64,000 nucleotides of DNA, taken from the NCBI GenBank assembly GCA_021781965.1, contig JAJXVU010000009.1:806-64805 (forward strand), in the 5' to 3' direction. The notes under the pieces were generated by a model. That model saw only the letters and a list, made by a program, of their open reading frames with translations, ran no database searches and had not been told where the DNA came from. Below, one piece after another: positions 1-9,373 of the stretch. Position 1 is the stretch's first letter, and the number at the start of each line of letters is the position of its first letter. The position numbers and the translations under genes are program-made. The stretch comes from Pseudomonadota bacterium (GTDB taxonomy: Bacteria; Pseudomonadota; Gammaproteobacteria; UBA1113).

Positions 1-167
1 CCTATCTGGGGCGGGCATTCAAAGCAGCAAGATTGGGTTTTGAAGCCCTATTGAAAGACAATCCTAATGATGGGGTTTTAGCGTTTTATATACAAAGCTG
101 CCTCTATTACGAGCAAACGTCACCCCCAGCTGAGTGGCAAGCAGAAATAGAAATGCGGTTTAAATGA
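1..167 (+). CDS. 3' end of a CDS that begins upstream of the window (C-terminal 54 aa ...AEIEMRFK, stop TGA 165-167)
   Basis: Open frame from the window edge to TGA at 165-167. No recognisable family from this fragment. Confidence 0.35.
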   Translation, partial: YLGRAFKAARLGFEALLKDNPNDGVLAFYIQSCLYYEQTSPPAEWQAEIEMRFK

Positions 168-195
168 AAACGTAACTACTCGCGCTTTGTACTAA

Positions 196-290
196 GAAAA
201 ACGTATATTGGATAGATTAGAGTATATCTTCGCCTTCCGTGACCGAAAGGGCGCAGATAGGGAGAATAGTTACTATTTATCACCAACAAT
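196..290. repeat. Dispersed GC-rich REP-like intergenic repeat (copy A), immediately downstream of the MFS gene stop
   Basis: tagagtatatcttcgccttccgtgaccgaaagggcgcagatagggagaatagtta is shared with the copy at 1596-1720 (taaagtatatctcagccgcc...gatggggagaatagttattc). Confidence 0.6.
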
Positions 291-291
291 A

Positions 292-1542
292 TCACTCCCT
301 AACCGGCTCGCGGATCCACACTAATACCAACAAAGCTAACAAAAGAGAAACAGGTAATATACTTAAGGCCATCGTATAGGACGATATCGAAAAATTGGTT
401 GTATTCTGTGATACCTCCTGACTCTTCAACAAAAATCCCACTAAAGGCATAAACAAAGGCGCACCAAAGATAATGCTCAGCATATTAGTAAAACCCATGG
501 CTGTACCGCGGACTTCCTCTGGGGCAATTTCATTGACCAAGGCGAAAGGCAACATATAAACACTGGAAAAGACCCCCGTTAAAAAGAATAAAGCAATAAC
601 ATACGCAAAACGCAAATGCGGAATATACAAAGCCATGCTGAAAGTAACAAAAGCGGCTAAGGCGCCGATAGCCATCACATTCTTTCTACGACGAAAGAAA
701 TCCGACAAATGCCCTAAGAATGGACAACCTAGCCCCGCACCTAAAAATAAAGCCAAATTCCCTATGGCCGCTACCTGTATTTTAACCCCATAACGCACCA
801 TTAAATAAGGAATACACCAATACGTGGCTAAAAGGCTAATCACAGGGAATATTAAGCCTGAAAATAAACCATTCAACCAAACTTGAGGTAATCTTAAAAC
901 AGCTGTCAATTGTTGTTTAATGGATAAATCGGAAGCAGCCTTTTTCAGATGGTTGCTTTGTGCCGGTCGATCCCGTAAAAAAATAGCCATAAACACTGTC
1001 AACACTAAACAGAAAATACTGGCACAAACCAGCACAGTACGCCATCCCACATGAATTGCTGCCGTAGAAATGATTTCACTGCCTACTCCTCCCGAAAGCA
1101 TTGCTAAGGCTTCACTTAGGCCCACCACAAAAGCAAAATATACGGGCGTAAACCAAGTGCCAATTAGATAAAAACCACAGGCCAATGCTGGAGCTGTACC
1201 CAAGCCCGTGAGCATCCTAGACCAAACTGCTGTGTGCACATTCGGACTCATTGCAAATAATAAAGTCCCCGCGGCGCAAATAATTGAGCCTGCAACCAAG
1301 ATGGTTTTAGGCCCTAAGCGATCGACCAACATCCCCCCGGGTATTTGTAACAATAAATAAGTCCAAAAATAACTAGAAGAAACTATTCCTATCGCCGCTA
1401 CATCCGTATTAAAATCTTTTGCTAAGAAGGGAGCCATGCCACTGACAGAGCCTTGTAGTACAAATTGTAGTAATAAAAAGATAATGGCCAGGCCCCACAT
1501 AAACCAGGCTTTAGAACTAGGGACTTCGTCGCGTGTAAACAT
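292..1542 (-). CDS. MFS transporter, 12-TM
   Basis: 416-aa ORF, hydrophobic throughout, MFS-like loop motifs (GxLVDRLGPK). Confidence 0.8.
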   Translation of the reverse strand: MFTRDEVPSSKAWFMWGLAIIFLLLQFVLQGSVSGMAPFLAKDFNTDVAAIGIVSSSYFWTYLLLQIPGGMLVDRLGPKTILVAGSIICAAGTLLFAMSPNVHTAVWSRMLTGLGTAPALACGFYLIGTWFTPVYFAFVVGLSEALAMLSGGVGSEIISTAAIHVGWRTVLVCASIFCLVLTVFMAIFLRDRPAQSNHLKKAASDLSIKQQLTAVLRLPQVWLNGLFSGLIFPVISLLATYWCIPYLMVRYGVKIQVAAIGNLALFLGAGLGCPFLGHLSDFFRRRKNVMAIGALAAFVTFSMALYIPHLRFAYVIALFFLTGVFSSVYMLPFALVNEIAPEEVRGTAMGFTNMLSIIFGAPLFMPLVGFLLKSQEVSQNTTNFSISSYTMALSILPVSLLLALLVLVWIREPVRE

Positions 1543-1595
1543 CTTATTCTCTCTATGTAACTATTTGCGCCTTATTGGAAGAAGCTCATATTGCG

Positions 1596-1720
1596 TGCAT
1601 TAAAGTATATCTCAGCCGCCCGCTCTCTAACACCCGCGGCTCGGAAAGTCGCGGCTCAGTTCATCCGTTTGAAACGGATCATCAACCGTTAGGGAGCGGA
1701 TGGGGAGAATAGTTATTCTT
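1596..1720. repeat. Dispersed REP-like repeat (copy B, composite) between the MFS gene and the carbamoyltransferase stop
   Basis: Contains cccgcggctcggaaagtcgcggctc, a perfect hairpin atccgttt-g-aaacggat, and ccgttagggagcgg, which is the reverse complement of the core ccgctccctaacgg. Confidence 0.6.
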
Positions 1721-3440
1721 TAACTACTAACACATCTTCCATGATCAAATACCGTAAATCACAACCAAAAAACATATTTAAAGCATCTTCTGGCGTACAC
1801 ACCATAGGCTCACCACGACGGTTTAAAGAAGTGTTTAATACCACGGCATTACCCGTTAAACGTTCTAAAGCACTGATCAACTCATAATAACGCGGATTGG
1901 ACTTTTGTGTCACCACCTGTGCTCGTATAGTACCATCTTCATGCACTACCTCAGGTATGCGCGCTTTCCATTCTGGTGCCACATCAAAGGTTATGGTCAT
2001 ATAAGGTGCAGGATGTGTGCTTTGTAAGATATCTTTAGCCACACTGTCCAATAGGCTGGGGCAAAAAGGCCGCCAACGCTCACGATACTTAATCTGTTGA
2101 TTGATTTTATCTGCGATGCCCGGAGCATTAGGACAACCTAAAATGCTGCGGTTGCCCAAGGCCCTAGGACCAAATTCCATACGCCCCTGAAACCAAGCCA
2201 AAGGTTCACCCTTAGCTAGCAATTTAGCCGCATACTCTACCGTATTATCCAATATTCGAAAGCTAGGTCTAGCGACGTGTTGCTCACAGGCCTTTACACA
2301 CGCTTCTGTTGTATAACTAGGTCCTAAATAAACATGCTCTAAAGGCTGTACCGGAATGGAATGTAAAGATGTAGCATAAGTAGCAGCGCCCACTGCCGTA
2401 CCGGCATCATTGGCTGCGGGTTGCACAAATAATTCTTTTAATCCGGGTAGCTGTAATAGCCTTTGGTTGAGCTTCACATTTAAAGCCACTCCACCGGCAA
2501 AACATAAACGCCCCGTTTCTTGAATAATATCACCTAAATAATGTTGTACTAAAGCAAGCACGCTATCTTCCAACATTTTTTGAATGCCTGCGGCATAATG
2601 TACATACGGTTCATCAATCTCGTCACCCACGCGCATGGGCCCTAGCCAATCGACCAACTTCGAACTAAAATAATAAGATTGTCCGCTTTGTTTATGGCGT
2701 CGTAAGCCTACGGTATTAACCAAACGCGTATTGACTCTAAATTTTTTGCCATTAAAATCCAATAAAGGCGATAGATCATAACGGCTAGCATCGCCATAGG
2801 GCGCCATGCCCATCACCTTAAATTCACCATCTAGCATTTCAAAGCCCAAATATTGGGTCATAGCACCATATAAACCGCCCAAAGAATCGGGATCGAAGAA
2901 TTCTTTGATCTTATGAATGTGACCATTTTCATCAGCATAGCCTAGAAAAGTAGAGGCATATTCTCCCTTACCATCTACTCCCAATATGGCTGCTCTACCT
3001 TTAAAACCGCTTAAATGATAAGCACTGCTGGCATGAGTTAGATGATGCTCTATAGGCATAAATTGTGTTTTTTGCAGATCAAAGCCCAAATCGGTTAAAA
3101 AAGAAAATACTCTTTTTTCATTGCGCTTATAGTGCCGATTACCATTAAATAAAGCATCTAAGGCTCTATCCGGAGCATACCAATAGCGTTTGGCATAGTG
3201 CCACCGCGCGGCCGTTCCTAAACCAATGGGAGCGAAAGGAAAAGCGACAATGTCTATATCTTTAGGATTTAGCCCCGCATCTTGCAAACACCAGCGCGTT
3301 GCTTCTAATGGCAATTTATTTTTAGCATGTTTATCGCGTATAAAGCGTTCTTCTTCCGCAGCACAAACCAATTTTCCATCCACAACCAACGCCGCTCCCG
3401 CATCGTGCGATACAGCCCCGGATAATCCCAAAATTTTCAT
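1713..3440 (-). CDS. Carbamoyltransferase (NodU/CmcH family)
   Basis: 575 aa. N-terminus MKILGLSGAVSHDAGAALVVDGKLVCAAEEERFIRDKH is typical of NodU-type O-carbamoyltransferases. ATGA overlap with the upstream kinase gene. Confidence 0.85.
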   Translation of the reverse strand: MKILGLSGAVSHDAGAALVVDGKLVCAAEEERFIRDKHAKNKLPLEATRWCLQDAGLNPKDIDIVAFPFAPIGLGTAARWHYAKRYWYAPDRALDALFNGNRHYKRNEKRVFSFLTDLGFDLQKTQFMPIEHHLTHASSAYHLSGFKGRAAILGVDGKGEYASTFLGYADENGHIHKIKEFFDPDSLGGLYGAMTQYLGFEMLDGEFKVMGMAPYGDASRYDLSPLLDFNGKKFRVNTRLVNTVGLRRHKQSGQSYYFSSKLVDWLGPMRVGDEIDEPYVHYAAGIQKMLEDSVLALVQHYLGDIIQETGRLCFAGGVALNVKLNQRLLQLPGLKELFVQPAANDAGTAVGAATYATSLHSIPVQPLEHVYLGPSYTTEACVKACEQHVARPSFRILDNTVEYAAKLLAKGEPLAWFQGRMEFGPRALGNRSILGCPNAPGIADKINQQIKYRERWRPFCPSLLDSVAKDILQSTHPAPYMTITFDVAPEWKARIPEVVHEDGTIRAQVVTQKSNPRYYELISALERLTGNAVVLNTSLNRRGEPMVCTPEDALNMFFGCDLRYLIMEDVLVVKE

Positions 3441-4879
3441 AATAAGCCAGCCTCTTTAAAAGCAGTAACAAAGGCTTGCTGCAATACAGGCCTGTTCCGC
3501 CAAATTTTTAAGAATCGTTTAACATCTTTGTTAAACGTGCGCGTAAATAATAACTTCCAAGGATACACGCGCAGATTATCTAAGCCCAATAAATACAACT
3601 TATCGCCACAAACCTGGAAATTCTCCGATTTTACATCGCGGTGACACAAACGATTTTGTTTTAAAGCATTCATCGTTTGTACCACTTTAGCAATCATCTG
3701 CTGTTGTTGTTCATGCAGATCGCAAAAAGAATGCAGATAATCCTGCAATGTTTGTCCGGGCACATATTCCATTACAAAATAATCGCGATGCTGCAACACT
3801 CCCCATTTTTTTTGTAATATGGCTATGGGCTTTGCGGTCAAAATCTGCAATGATTGCAAGCGATTTGCGTTTTGCCACGATAGTCCCGCATGTGTGTCTT
3901 TAATAACATGCTTTAAGCCATGCCACCAAGACCCGGCACTATATTGCTTCACCACCCAATCGCGTTCATTCCATTGATAACGAAAAATATTATTGGCTTT
4001 GCCGTGTTTTAAGATCTCAAAATAAGTTTCTGGTTGCTGTGTAAAATGATGAAACATGGTGGCTACAGATTCTTTTTGTTCTACAGCCGCAACATACTTG
4101 TAAGACCCTAATTTGCCTAGTGTAAAAGCACTGCATTCTCGCCATGCTTTAGACTGCGTCTTTCTTTGCCTGTACAGGCTTTTTTGAGTAATTTTCTTCT
4201 GCAATAGAGGCACCCAAGCCTCAGGAAATGCAAACAGTTGTGAGGCCTTTTCCATTAATATCGTCCACAATAGTTCTTGATCTAGTGTAGAAAATTGAAT
4301 AAAAAAGTCGGCTAGATTACTTAATTGTGCACGATACGACAAAAAACCGACCTTTCTAGCACATTTAACATCCATACCATCAATTATATATAATTGTTTT
4401 GCATCCGTTAAGATATTGTCTAAATGTAAATCGTTATGATATATACCTTGCTGATACATTTTTGCTAATTGTTGCAGCATAGAGGATAAACAGTCTTTTT
4501 TTTGCTGATCGTTCCAAAAACCCCACTCTGAAGCCACGGTATGAGTATTTTCTAAATAGGAGAGCACTAATAAAATACTGTCTTCTAACACGGAATATTC
4601 TAACACCTTGCTAGTGGCAATACCGCATTGCTGTAATAACTCCAGTCCTCTCATTTCGCGACGCACATGACGCAGACCTTGTTTGTCATAGAACAATTTA
4701 ACAATACTTTTTTGCCCTTGGTATTCTGCCAAAAAAGTAGCACGTCGTGCTGTTAAATCGCGCAGCATTTTTTGCAAGAAAATAGGTTGATCAATTGCAC
4801 CCCGAACCCAACACAAAGGCTCTTGCCACTGTTTTTGTCGCAACAAATCTAATAATTGTGCAGTGTTGATTTTATTCAT
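3437..4879 (-). CDS. LPS-kinase family protein with two tandem kinase-like domains
   Basis: 480 aa. N-terminal domain has YHNDLHLDNIL and IIDGMDV (Kdo/WaaP-type lipopolysaccharide kinase motifs). C-terminal domain has CHRDVKSENFQV (HRDxKxxN catalytic loop). Confidence 0.7.
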   Translation of the reverse strand: MNKINTAQLLDLLRQKQWQEPLCWVRGAIDQPIFLQKMLRDLTARRATFLAEYQGQKSIVKLFYDKQGLRHVRREMRGLELLQQCGIATSKVLEYSVLEDSILLVLSYLENTHTVASEWGFWNDQQKKDCLSSMLQQLAKMYQQGIYHNDLHLDNILTDAKQLYIIDGMDVKCARKVGFLSYRAQLSNLADFFIQFSTLDQELLWTILMEKASQLFAFPEAWVPLLQKKITQKSLYRQRKTQSKAWRECSAFTLGKLGSYKYVAAVEQKESVATMFHHFTQQPETYFEILKHGKANNIFRYQWNERDWVVKQYSAGSWWHGLKHVIKDTHAGLSWQNANRLQSLQILTAKPIAILQKKWGVLQHRDYFVMEYVPGQTLQDYLHSFCDLHEQQQQMIAKVVQTMNALKQNRLCHRDVKSENFQVCGDKLYLLGLDNLRVYPWKLLFTRTFNKDVKRFLKIWRNRPVLQQAFVTAFKEAGLL

Positions 4880-4895
4880 ATTTAATACAAACCCA

Positions 4896-5735
4896 TCATA
4901 CGCTACTCAACTTACCTGAAAAATTTTTCCATAAATTTTTTATTTTTCGCGATTGCCGTGGTTTGCTCAATCTAAGAGACATCCTTTGCCACAAAGCTTT
5001 TATGTCCTTTTTACTCGCACCGGCTCCCAGATAGGCCTTAATAAAACGCCATTTATCTGTGGCCTGGATTTTATTAATTCTGGTTCTGAATAAACTGTCC
5101 AGATCTATGCTTTCACAATATTGTTTAGAAAATCCATAGCGTAATTTTTCTAAATCAATGATACTGATTTTCACTTCATCATTATCAAGATTCAAAAAAA
5201 CATGCTTAAATACCAAGCAACAATGTTTATAATGATTCTGATGGATTTTGCCAACTACCCTGGCTAATTCATTGATAATGCGATTAAGCAACGCGCGTTC
5301 TGGAAAACCTGTTGCCTCCCATTGTTCAACCCATTCTTTTAGTGACTTATAGCCGGTGAGCTCTTCTGTCATTAAAATAGCTTCTTTACCGCGTTGGCTA
5401 TAGTAGATAGGAGTCACCGTAGGAATTTGATGTTTATTAAAACGGCTAATATTGCAAAATTCACGATTAAAAGTAGGTCTCCCCTTAATAGGATGTAAAA
5501 ATGAAGGGCACATATGTTTCGCTTGTCTTTTTAAAAAGACCGGCCTTTCTATTCCTGTAGTATCACGCAACACGATGCGTACCACGCCGCTCCAGCCGCC
5601 ACGTCGTCGATTAGGCTCTTCTACCCAACGTGTTTCAAAATTTTTGTTTTGCTCACAATTCCAAATATCCTCAAAAGAATTGAGGCCTTGTAGTCGTAAA
5701 ATATCTTCCCATTCTTTGGCTATATATGTTTTCAT
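4896..5735 (-). CDS. Lipopolysaccharide kinase family protein (InaA/WaaY/Kdo-kinase-like)
   Basis: 279 aa, conserved kinase-loop region (HQNHYKHCCLVFKHVFLNLDNDEVKISIIDLEKL), in LPS core locus context. Confidence 0.65.
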   Translation of the reverse strand: MKTYIAKEWEDILRLQGLNSFEDIWNCEQNKNFETRWVEEPNRRRGGWSGVVRIVLRDTTGIERPVFLKRQAKHMCPSFLHPIKGRPTFNREFCNISRFNKHQIPTVTPIYYSQRGKEAILMTEELTGYKSLKEWVEQWEATGFPERALLNRIINELARVVGKIHQNHYKHCCLVFKHVFLNLDNDEVKISIIDLEKLRYGFSKQYCESIDLDSLFRTRINKIQATDKWRFIKAYLGAGASKKDIKALWQRMSLRLSKPRQSRKIKNLWKNFSGKLSSV

Positions 5736-5769
5736 TGTAAATTCTTCTCCTTATAAATTTTAGGGTTCA

Positions 5770-7158
5770 CTATCCAACCCCCTTACGCACTGCTTTTTGT
5801 TGTAAGCTATGCGCTTTGCGCTCTACACGCTGCCATAATTTCTTTTGCAAACGATACGGCTTCCCGCCATTATAGCAGCGTATAAAATACAACACATCAC
5901 GGGCGCTAACACCATACTCAAACGCAGAATAATATAAAGCGCTTAAGTCTTTAATACGCCAGCGTCGGGAAAATCTTTTGTGTTGCATGCGATGCAAATC
6001 AATCAAATAATACTTATCGTCTTCATCCAATGCCTTTAAAAAATGACATAGATATAAATCCCTATGAAACCAACGTTCATCGTGTATAGCTTTAACATAA
6101 TTGGCCAATTGACGTATAAGCTTGTTTCTTTCGTTTCTAGAAGGCGGATTGTTACGCCACTCTTGACAATAGCTTTCCAGGCTCTCTGTTGCAGTCAATT
6201 CACGCGTCAATAAAAAAGATTGTCGTTTAAAGGAAAGCATTCCTCGTTCAGCAAAGGCAACCGCATCCAACGTAGGTAATTTTAATGATTTTAATTTAGC
6301 AATGGCTTGCCATTCCGTGCGCGCACTGACTATAGGCGAGCGTAATGATAACCAATTCTTTAGCCACTCATTAAAACCTATACCCTGATGCAACTTGGCA
6401 TAAAAACCTTGGCCCTCACACTCAAAACGCAGTGTTTTGCGCCCTTCTTTGTATCGTACTACTTCGCCTTCCAGCTCCATAATGCGATCAAATATCGCAG
6501 GCTCGCAGCCATAATGAGCCATAGCCGCATTGGCGCCAAAAGGTTTCAATAATTTTGGTTGCTCCAAATATTCTAATAAATAATCCCCGAAGCCGCCGCC
6601 TAAACTTTGCCCTCTTTGCAGAGGATGGATCTGTATGTTGGTTTGCGATTGTTCGCAGGTCTCTAAACTTAACCAATGCAAGCGACTCGCTGGCGTACGA
6701 TAATGTACTTTGATAGCCCGCAATACCATTAAGCTGGATGATACTACCTGGCAATGGCTAGTCATCGATAAAATGCTTCTTTCAAATTGTAGGCGTTGTC
6801 GATGGCGTGGTATAGAACGCCGTGCCCCCTGCACTAATTCCGCAATACAAGGTTCCTTAGCATAATAAATATCTAGTCCAGGAATAGCATTAAAGCCCAC
6901 CACGCAATCATATTGTTCTTTAATGCGCGCATCATGTACAAAACGTGCTAAATAAGCATATTGTCTAAAGAGAGGGACGCCTTGTTTTTTAATACTGTGT
7001 ATAGTAGCACCCTTAGGTTGATCGCCACGCCATTCTAATGTATAAATATCTACACTATGCCCTGCCTCTAAGCATTTATTAATTGTGTTCAAAAAATCGT
7101 GCTGCAGATCTTCGCCAAAAACATAGCTAAAAATAACAAAACATAATCGTTGCTTCAA
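5770..7158 (-). CDS. waaP: WaaP-like LPS core heptose kinase with an extra N-terminal domain
   Basis: 462 aa. The C-terminal half carries WFHRDLYLCHFL, matching the WaaP catalytic motif FHRDCYICHFL. ATGA overlap with the waaC stop. Confidence 0.65.
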   Translation of the reverse strand: MKQRLCFVIFSYVFGEDLQHDFLNTINKCLEAGHSVDIYTLEWRGDQPKGATIHSIKKQGVPLFRQYAYLARFVHDARIKEQYDCVVGFNAIPGLDIYYAKEPCIAELVQGARRSIPRHRQRLQFERSILSMTSHCQVVSSSLMVLRAIKVHYRTPASRLHWLSLETCEQSQTNIQIHPLQRGQSLGGGFGDYLLEYLEQPKLLKPFGANAAMAHYGCEPAIFDRIMELEGEVVRYKEGRKTLRFECEGQGFYAKLHQGIGFNEWLKNWLSLRSPIVSARTEWQAIAKLKSLKLPTLDAVAFAERGMLSFKRQSFLLTRELTATESLESYCQEWRNNPPSRNERNKLIRQLANYVKAIHDERWFHRDLYLCHFLKALDEDDKYYLIDLHRMQHKRFSRRWRIKDLSALYYSAFEYGVSARDVLYFIRCYNGGKPYRLQKKLWQRVERKAHSLQQKAVRKGVG

Positions 7159-8183
7159 GATGGAACCTCCTGCAATAACGATTGTAGTGTTTGCATGACG
7201 TAGTTATCACTTAAAGTATTGTAACAAGGCGGAGTTTCGCCCTCTTTCACCCAACGACATTGTTGTTGCAAACAAGGCGCACAATGATATTGCACGCTTA
7301 GATGCTGTTGATTGTGGCCGCGTGTGCCGGTTTTATTGGCATCCGTTGATCCATATAAAGAAAGGGTGGGCACTGACAGAGCCGCTGCTAAATGACCCAA
7401 GCCCGTATCCACAGCGATTACTGCTTGTGCATTGATGAGCTCTAATGCTATCTCACGCAAATTTAAGGGAGGTAATACCTGTCCATCACAGGCCTTTGCA
7501 ATCGCTTCCGCACGTTCCTTTTCAACGGTATTACCCCAAGGCAAGCGAATTTGATAACCGGCTTTTTTTAATTTCTGTCCTAAGGCTTGCCATTCTGGTA
7601 ATGGCCATAATTTAGTATCCCAAGTCGTACCGTGTAAGAATAGAATATATTGAGCAGATTGTGCTGACAAATAAGGATTAAAGAAAGCCTGTAAACCATA
7701 ATCGGCTTCCGTATTAGGCATAGGATAATGCAAAGCCTTAGCGAACAATTGCCGTACACGCTCTATGGCATGCGTTTGCCAATCTATAGCGTGACGATGA
7801 TGGTATAACCACGGTGCAACCGGATCGCGTGATGAACCCATAGCCAAACCATGTCTTTTCCCTTTGGCTACAAAAGCCATGAGCGCGCTTTTTAACAGCC
7901 CTTGAGCATCAATAATGATATCGTAGTGATTTTGTCTTAATTGCTTGTATACGGATTGCCAATGCCCTTGTTGCCAAGCTTGCCATGGTGTTTTGCGCCA
8001 TTTGCGAAACTCTATTTCTATAATGCGTTTGACGCCTTTATGCCAGCGCAAGGGTTCGCTGAAATTTTTTTCCACCAGCCAATCGACTTCTAAATCGGGA
8101 TATACGCGCAAAGCATCCGTCAATGCAGGCAAAGTATGGATGACATCTCCCAAAGAAGACGTTTTAACAATCAAAATTTTCAT
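7155..8183 (-). CDS. waaC: ADP-heptose:LPS heptosyltransferase I
   Basis: Internal start MKILIVKTSSLGDVIHTLPALTDA is the canonical WaaC N-terminus, so the ORF-track N-extension is rejected. The ATG at 8183 overlaps the waaF stop TGA (ATGA). Confidence 0.9.
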   Translation of the reverse strand: MKILIVKTSSLGDVIHTLPALTDALRVYPDLEVDWLVEKNFSEPLRWHKGVKRIIEIEFRKWRKTPWQAWQQGHWQSVYKQLRQNHYDIIIDAQGLLKSALMAFVAKGKRHGLAMGSSRDPVAPWLYHHRHAIDWQTHAIERVRQLFAKALHYPMPNTEADYGLQAFFNPYLSAQSAQYILFLHGTTWDTKLWPLPEWQALGQKLKKAGYQIRLPWGNTVEKERAEAIAKACDGQVLPPLNLREIALELINAQAVIAVDTGLGHLAAALSVPTLSLYGSTDANKTGTRGHNQQHLSVQYHCAPCLQQQCRWVKEGETPPCYNTLSDNYVMQTLQSLLQEVPS

Positions 8184-9217
8184 GCAGCTACCTCTGCCGC
8201 TGCCATGAGCTTTTGTAAAGATTGTAACACTTGCGATGGTGCGATTTGTTTTAAACAGTTTAGATGGCCCAAAGGACATTCGCGTTGAAAACACGGGCTA
8301 CAGGGTAAAGACAATTGCACTATGGCAACGCGCGAGCTTAATGGCGGTGTAAATGCAGTAGAAGAAGAGCCATAAATAGCGACCATGGGTTTATCCAGCG
8401 CTGCGGCTATATGCATTAAACCTGAATCGTTGGTAACCACAGCATCCACTGTAGATAATAAATCAACGGCTTGTTTGAGATCCGTACGACCACATAAATT
8501 ATCACAAGCTTGCGGCACCACCTTCATGATTTCATCGGCTAACACTTCGTCTTTTTTAGACCCCAGCAACCACACTGCGTAGCCTAAATCATGCAAATGC
8601 TGCGCTAATTCGCCGTAATAGTGTGTAGGCCAGCGTTTAGCCGGACCATATTCCGCACCCGGACACAAGGCTACTACTGGCTTATCATTGCTTAAACCCA
8701 GTTGTTGTTTTAATTGTACGGCTGCAGTGGTATCGCCCACTAAACTAGGATACGGATAAGGTTTAGATAAAACAGCGTTTTTTTCCAAGCCCAGGGCCAT
8801 GAAGCGTTCAATCATCAGTGGATATTTTTGTTTATCTAAAAAACGCATTTCGTTTAATAAGCCAAAACGCATTTCGCCCTTAAAGCCGCGGCGTTTTGCA
8901 ATGCGCGCTACCCAGGGAATGAGTGCTGATTTCCATGAATTGGGTAAAACGATAGCCATATCGTATTGTTCGCGGCGTAAGGCACGGCCTATACGCCAAC
9001 GGTCTTTGAGTCCTAACACACCATGGCCTAGGGGTAAAACATGGGCATGGCTGACCTCTGGCATTTTCTGCGCCACAGCCGCAGTCCAGGCCGGGGCTAA
9101 AATATGCAGCGATGCCATAGGATAGCGGCCCTTGAGTAATTTAAACAAGGTTTGAGCCATTACCATGTCACCAACCCAAGCCGGTGCGATTATCAGTATT
9201 TTTTTCATGTAAATCAA
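8180..9217 (-). CDS. waaF: ADP-heptose:LPS heptosyltransferase II
   Basis: MKKILIIAPAWVGDMVMAQTLFKLLK is the canonical WaaF/RfaF N-terminus (GT9 family). Confidence 0.9.
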   Translation of the reverse strand: MIYMKKILIIAPAWVGDMVMAQTLFKLLKGRYPMASLHILAPAWTAAVAQKMPEVSHAHVLPLGHGVLGLKDRWRIGRALRREQYDMAIVLPNSWKSALIPWVARIAKRRGFKGEMRFGLLNEMRFLDKQKYPLMIERFMALGLEKNAVLSKPYPYPSLVGDTTAAVQLKQQLGLSNDKPVVALCPGAEYGPAKRWPTHYYGELAQHLHDLGYAVWLLGSKKDEVLADEIMKVVPQACDNLCGRTDLKQAVDLLSTVDAVVTNDSGLMHIAAALDKPMVAIYGSSSTAFTPPLSSRVAIVQLSLPCSPCFQRECPLGHLNCLKQIAPSQVLQSLQKLMAAAEVAA

Positions 9218-9327
9218 TCAGCTACAATTTAAGTTGCCTAGTCAGAATCCGCTTTTAGGCCGTTGTGGATCTGTTCAAAATAAGGTCTCTATTGTACCAC
9301 TTTTGCCTAAAATAAAAAAGGCCCAGA

Positions 9328-9352
9328 GCCGCGACCGAAAGGGAGCGGTTAA
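9328..9352. repeat. REP-like repeat core (variant, reverse orientation) downstream of gloB
   Basis: gagccgcgaccgaaagggagcgg is the reverse complement of ccgctccctttcggtcgcggctc, a 2-3 nt variant of the core. Confidence 0.5.
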
Positions 9353-9373
9353 ATGATTATCTCTTAATTCATT

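Noticed and set aside
3226-3459. Small + strand ORFs antisense to or embedded in large minus-strand genes. Examples: 3226-3459, 5452-5763, 6488-6754, 7945-8208, 8385-8582, 8799-9125, 11723-12151, 33307-33604, 57374-58012.
   Set aside because: They lie wholly inside well-supported conserved genes on the opposite strand or in another frame, and have no motifs. They are typical spurious ORFs.
7155-8294. Long N-terminal extension of waaC in the ORF track (MFSTRMSFGPSK...)
   Set aside because: The canonical WaaC N-terminus MKILIVKTSSLGDV starts at the internal ATG (8183), which forms an ATGA overlap with the waaF stop. The upstream 37 codons lie inside waaF.
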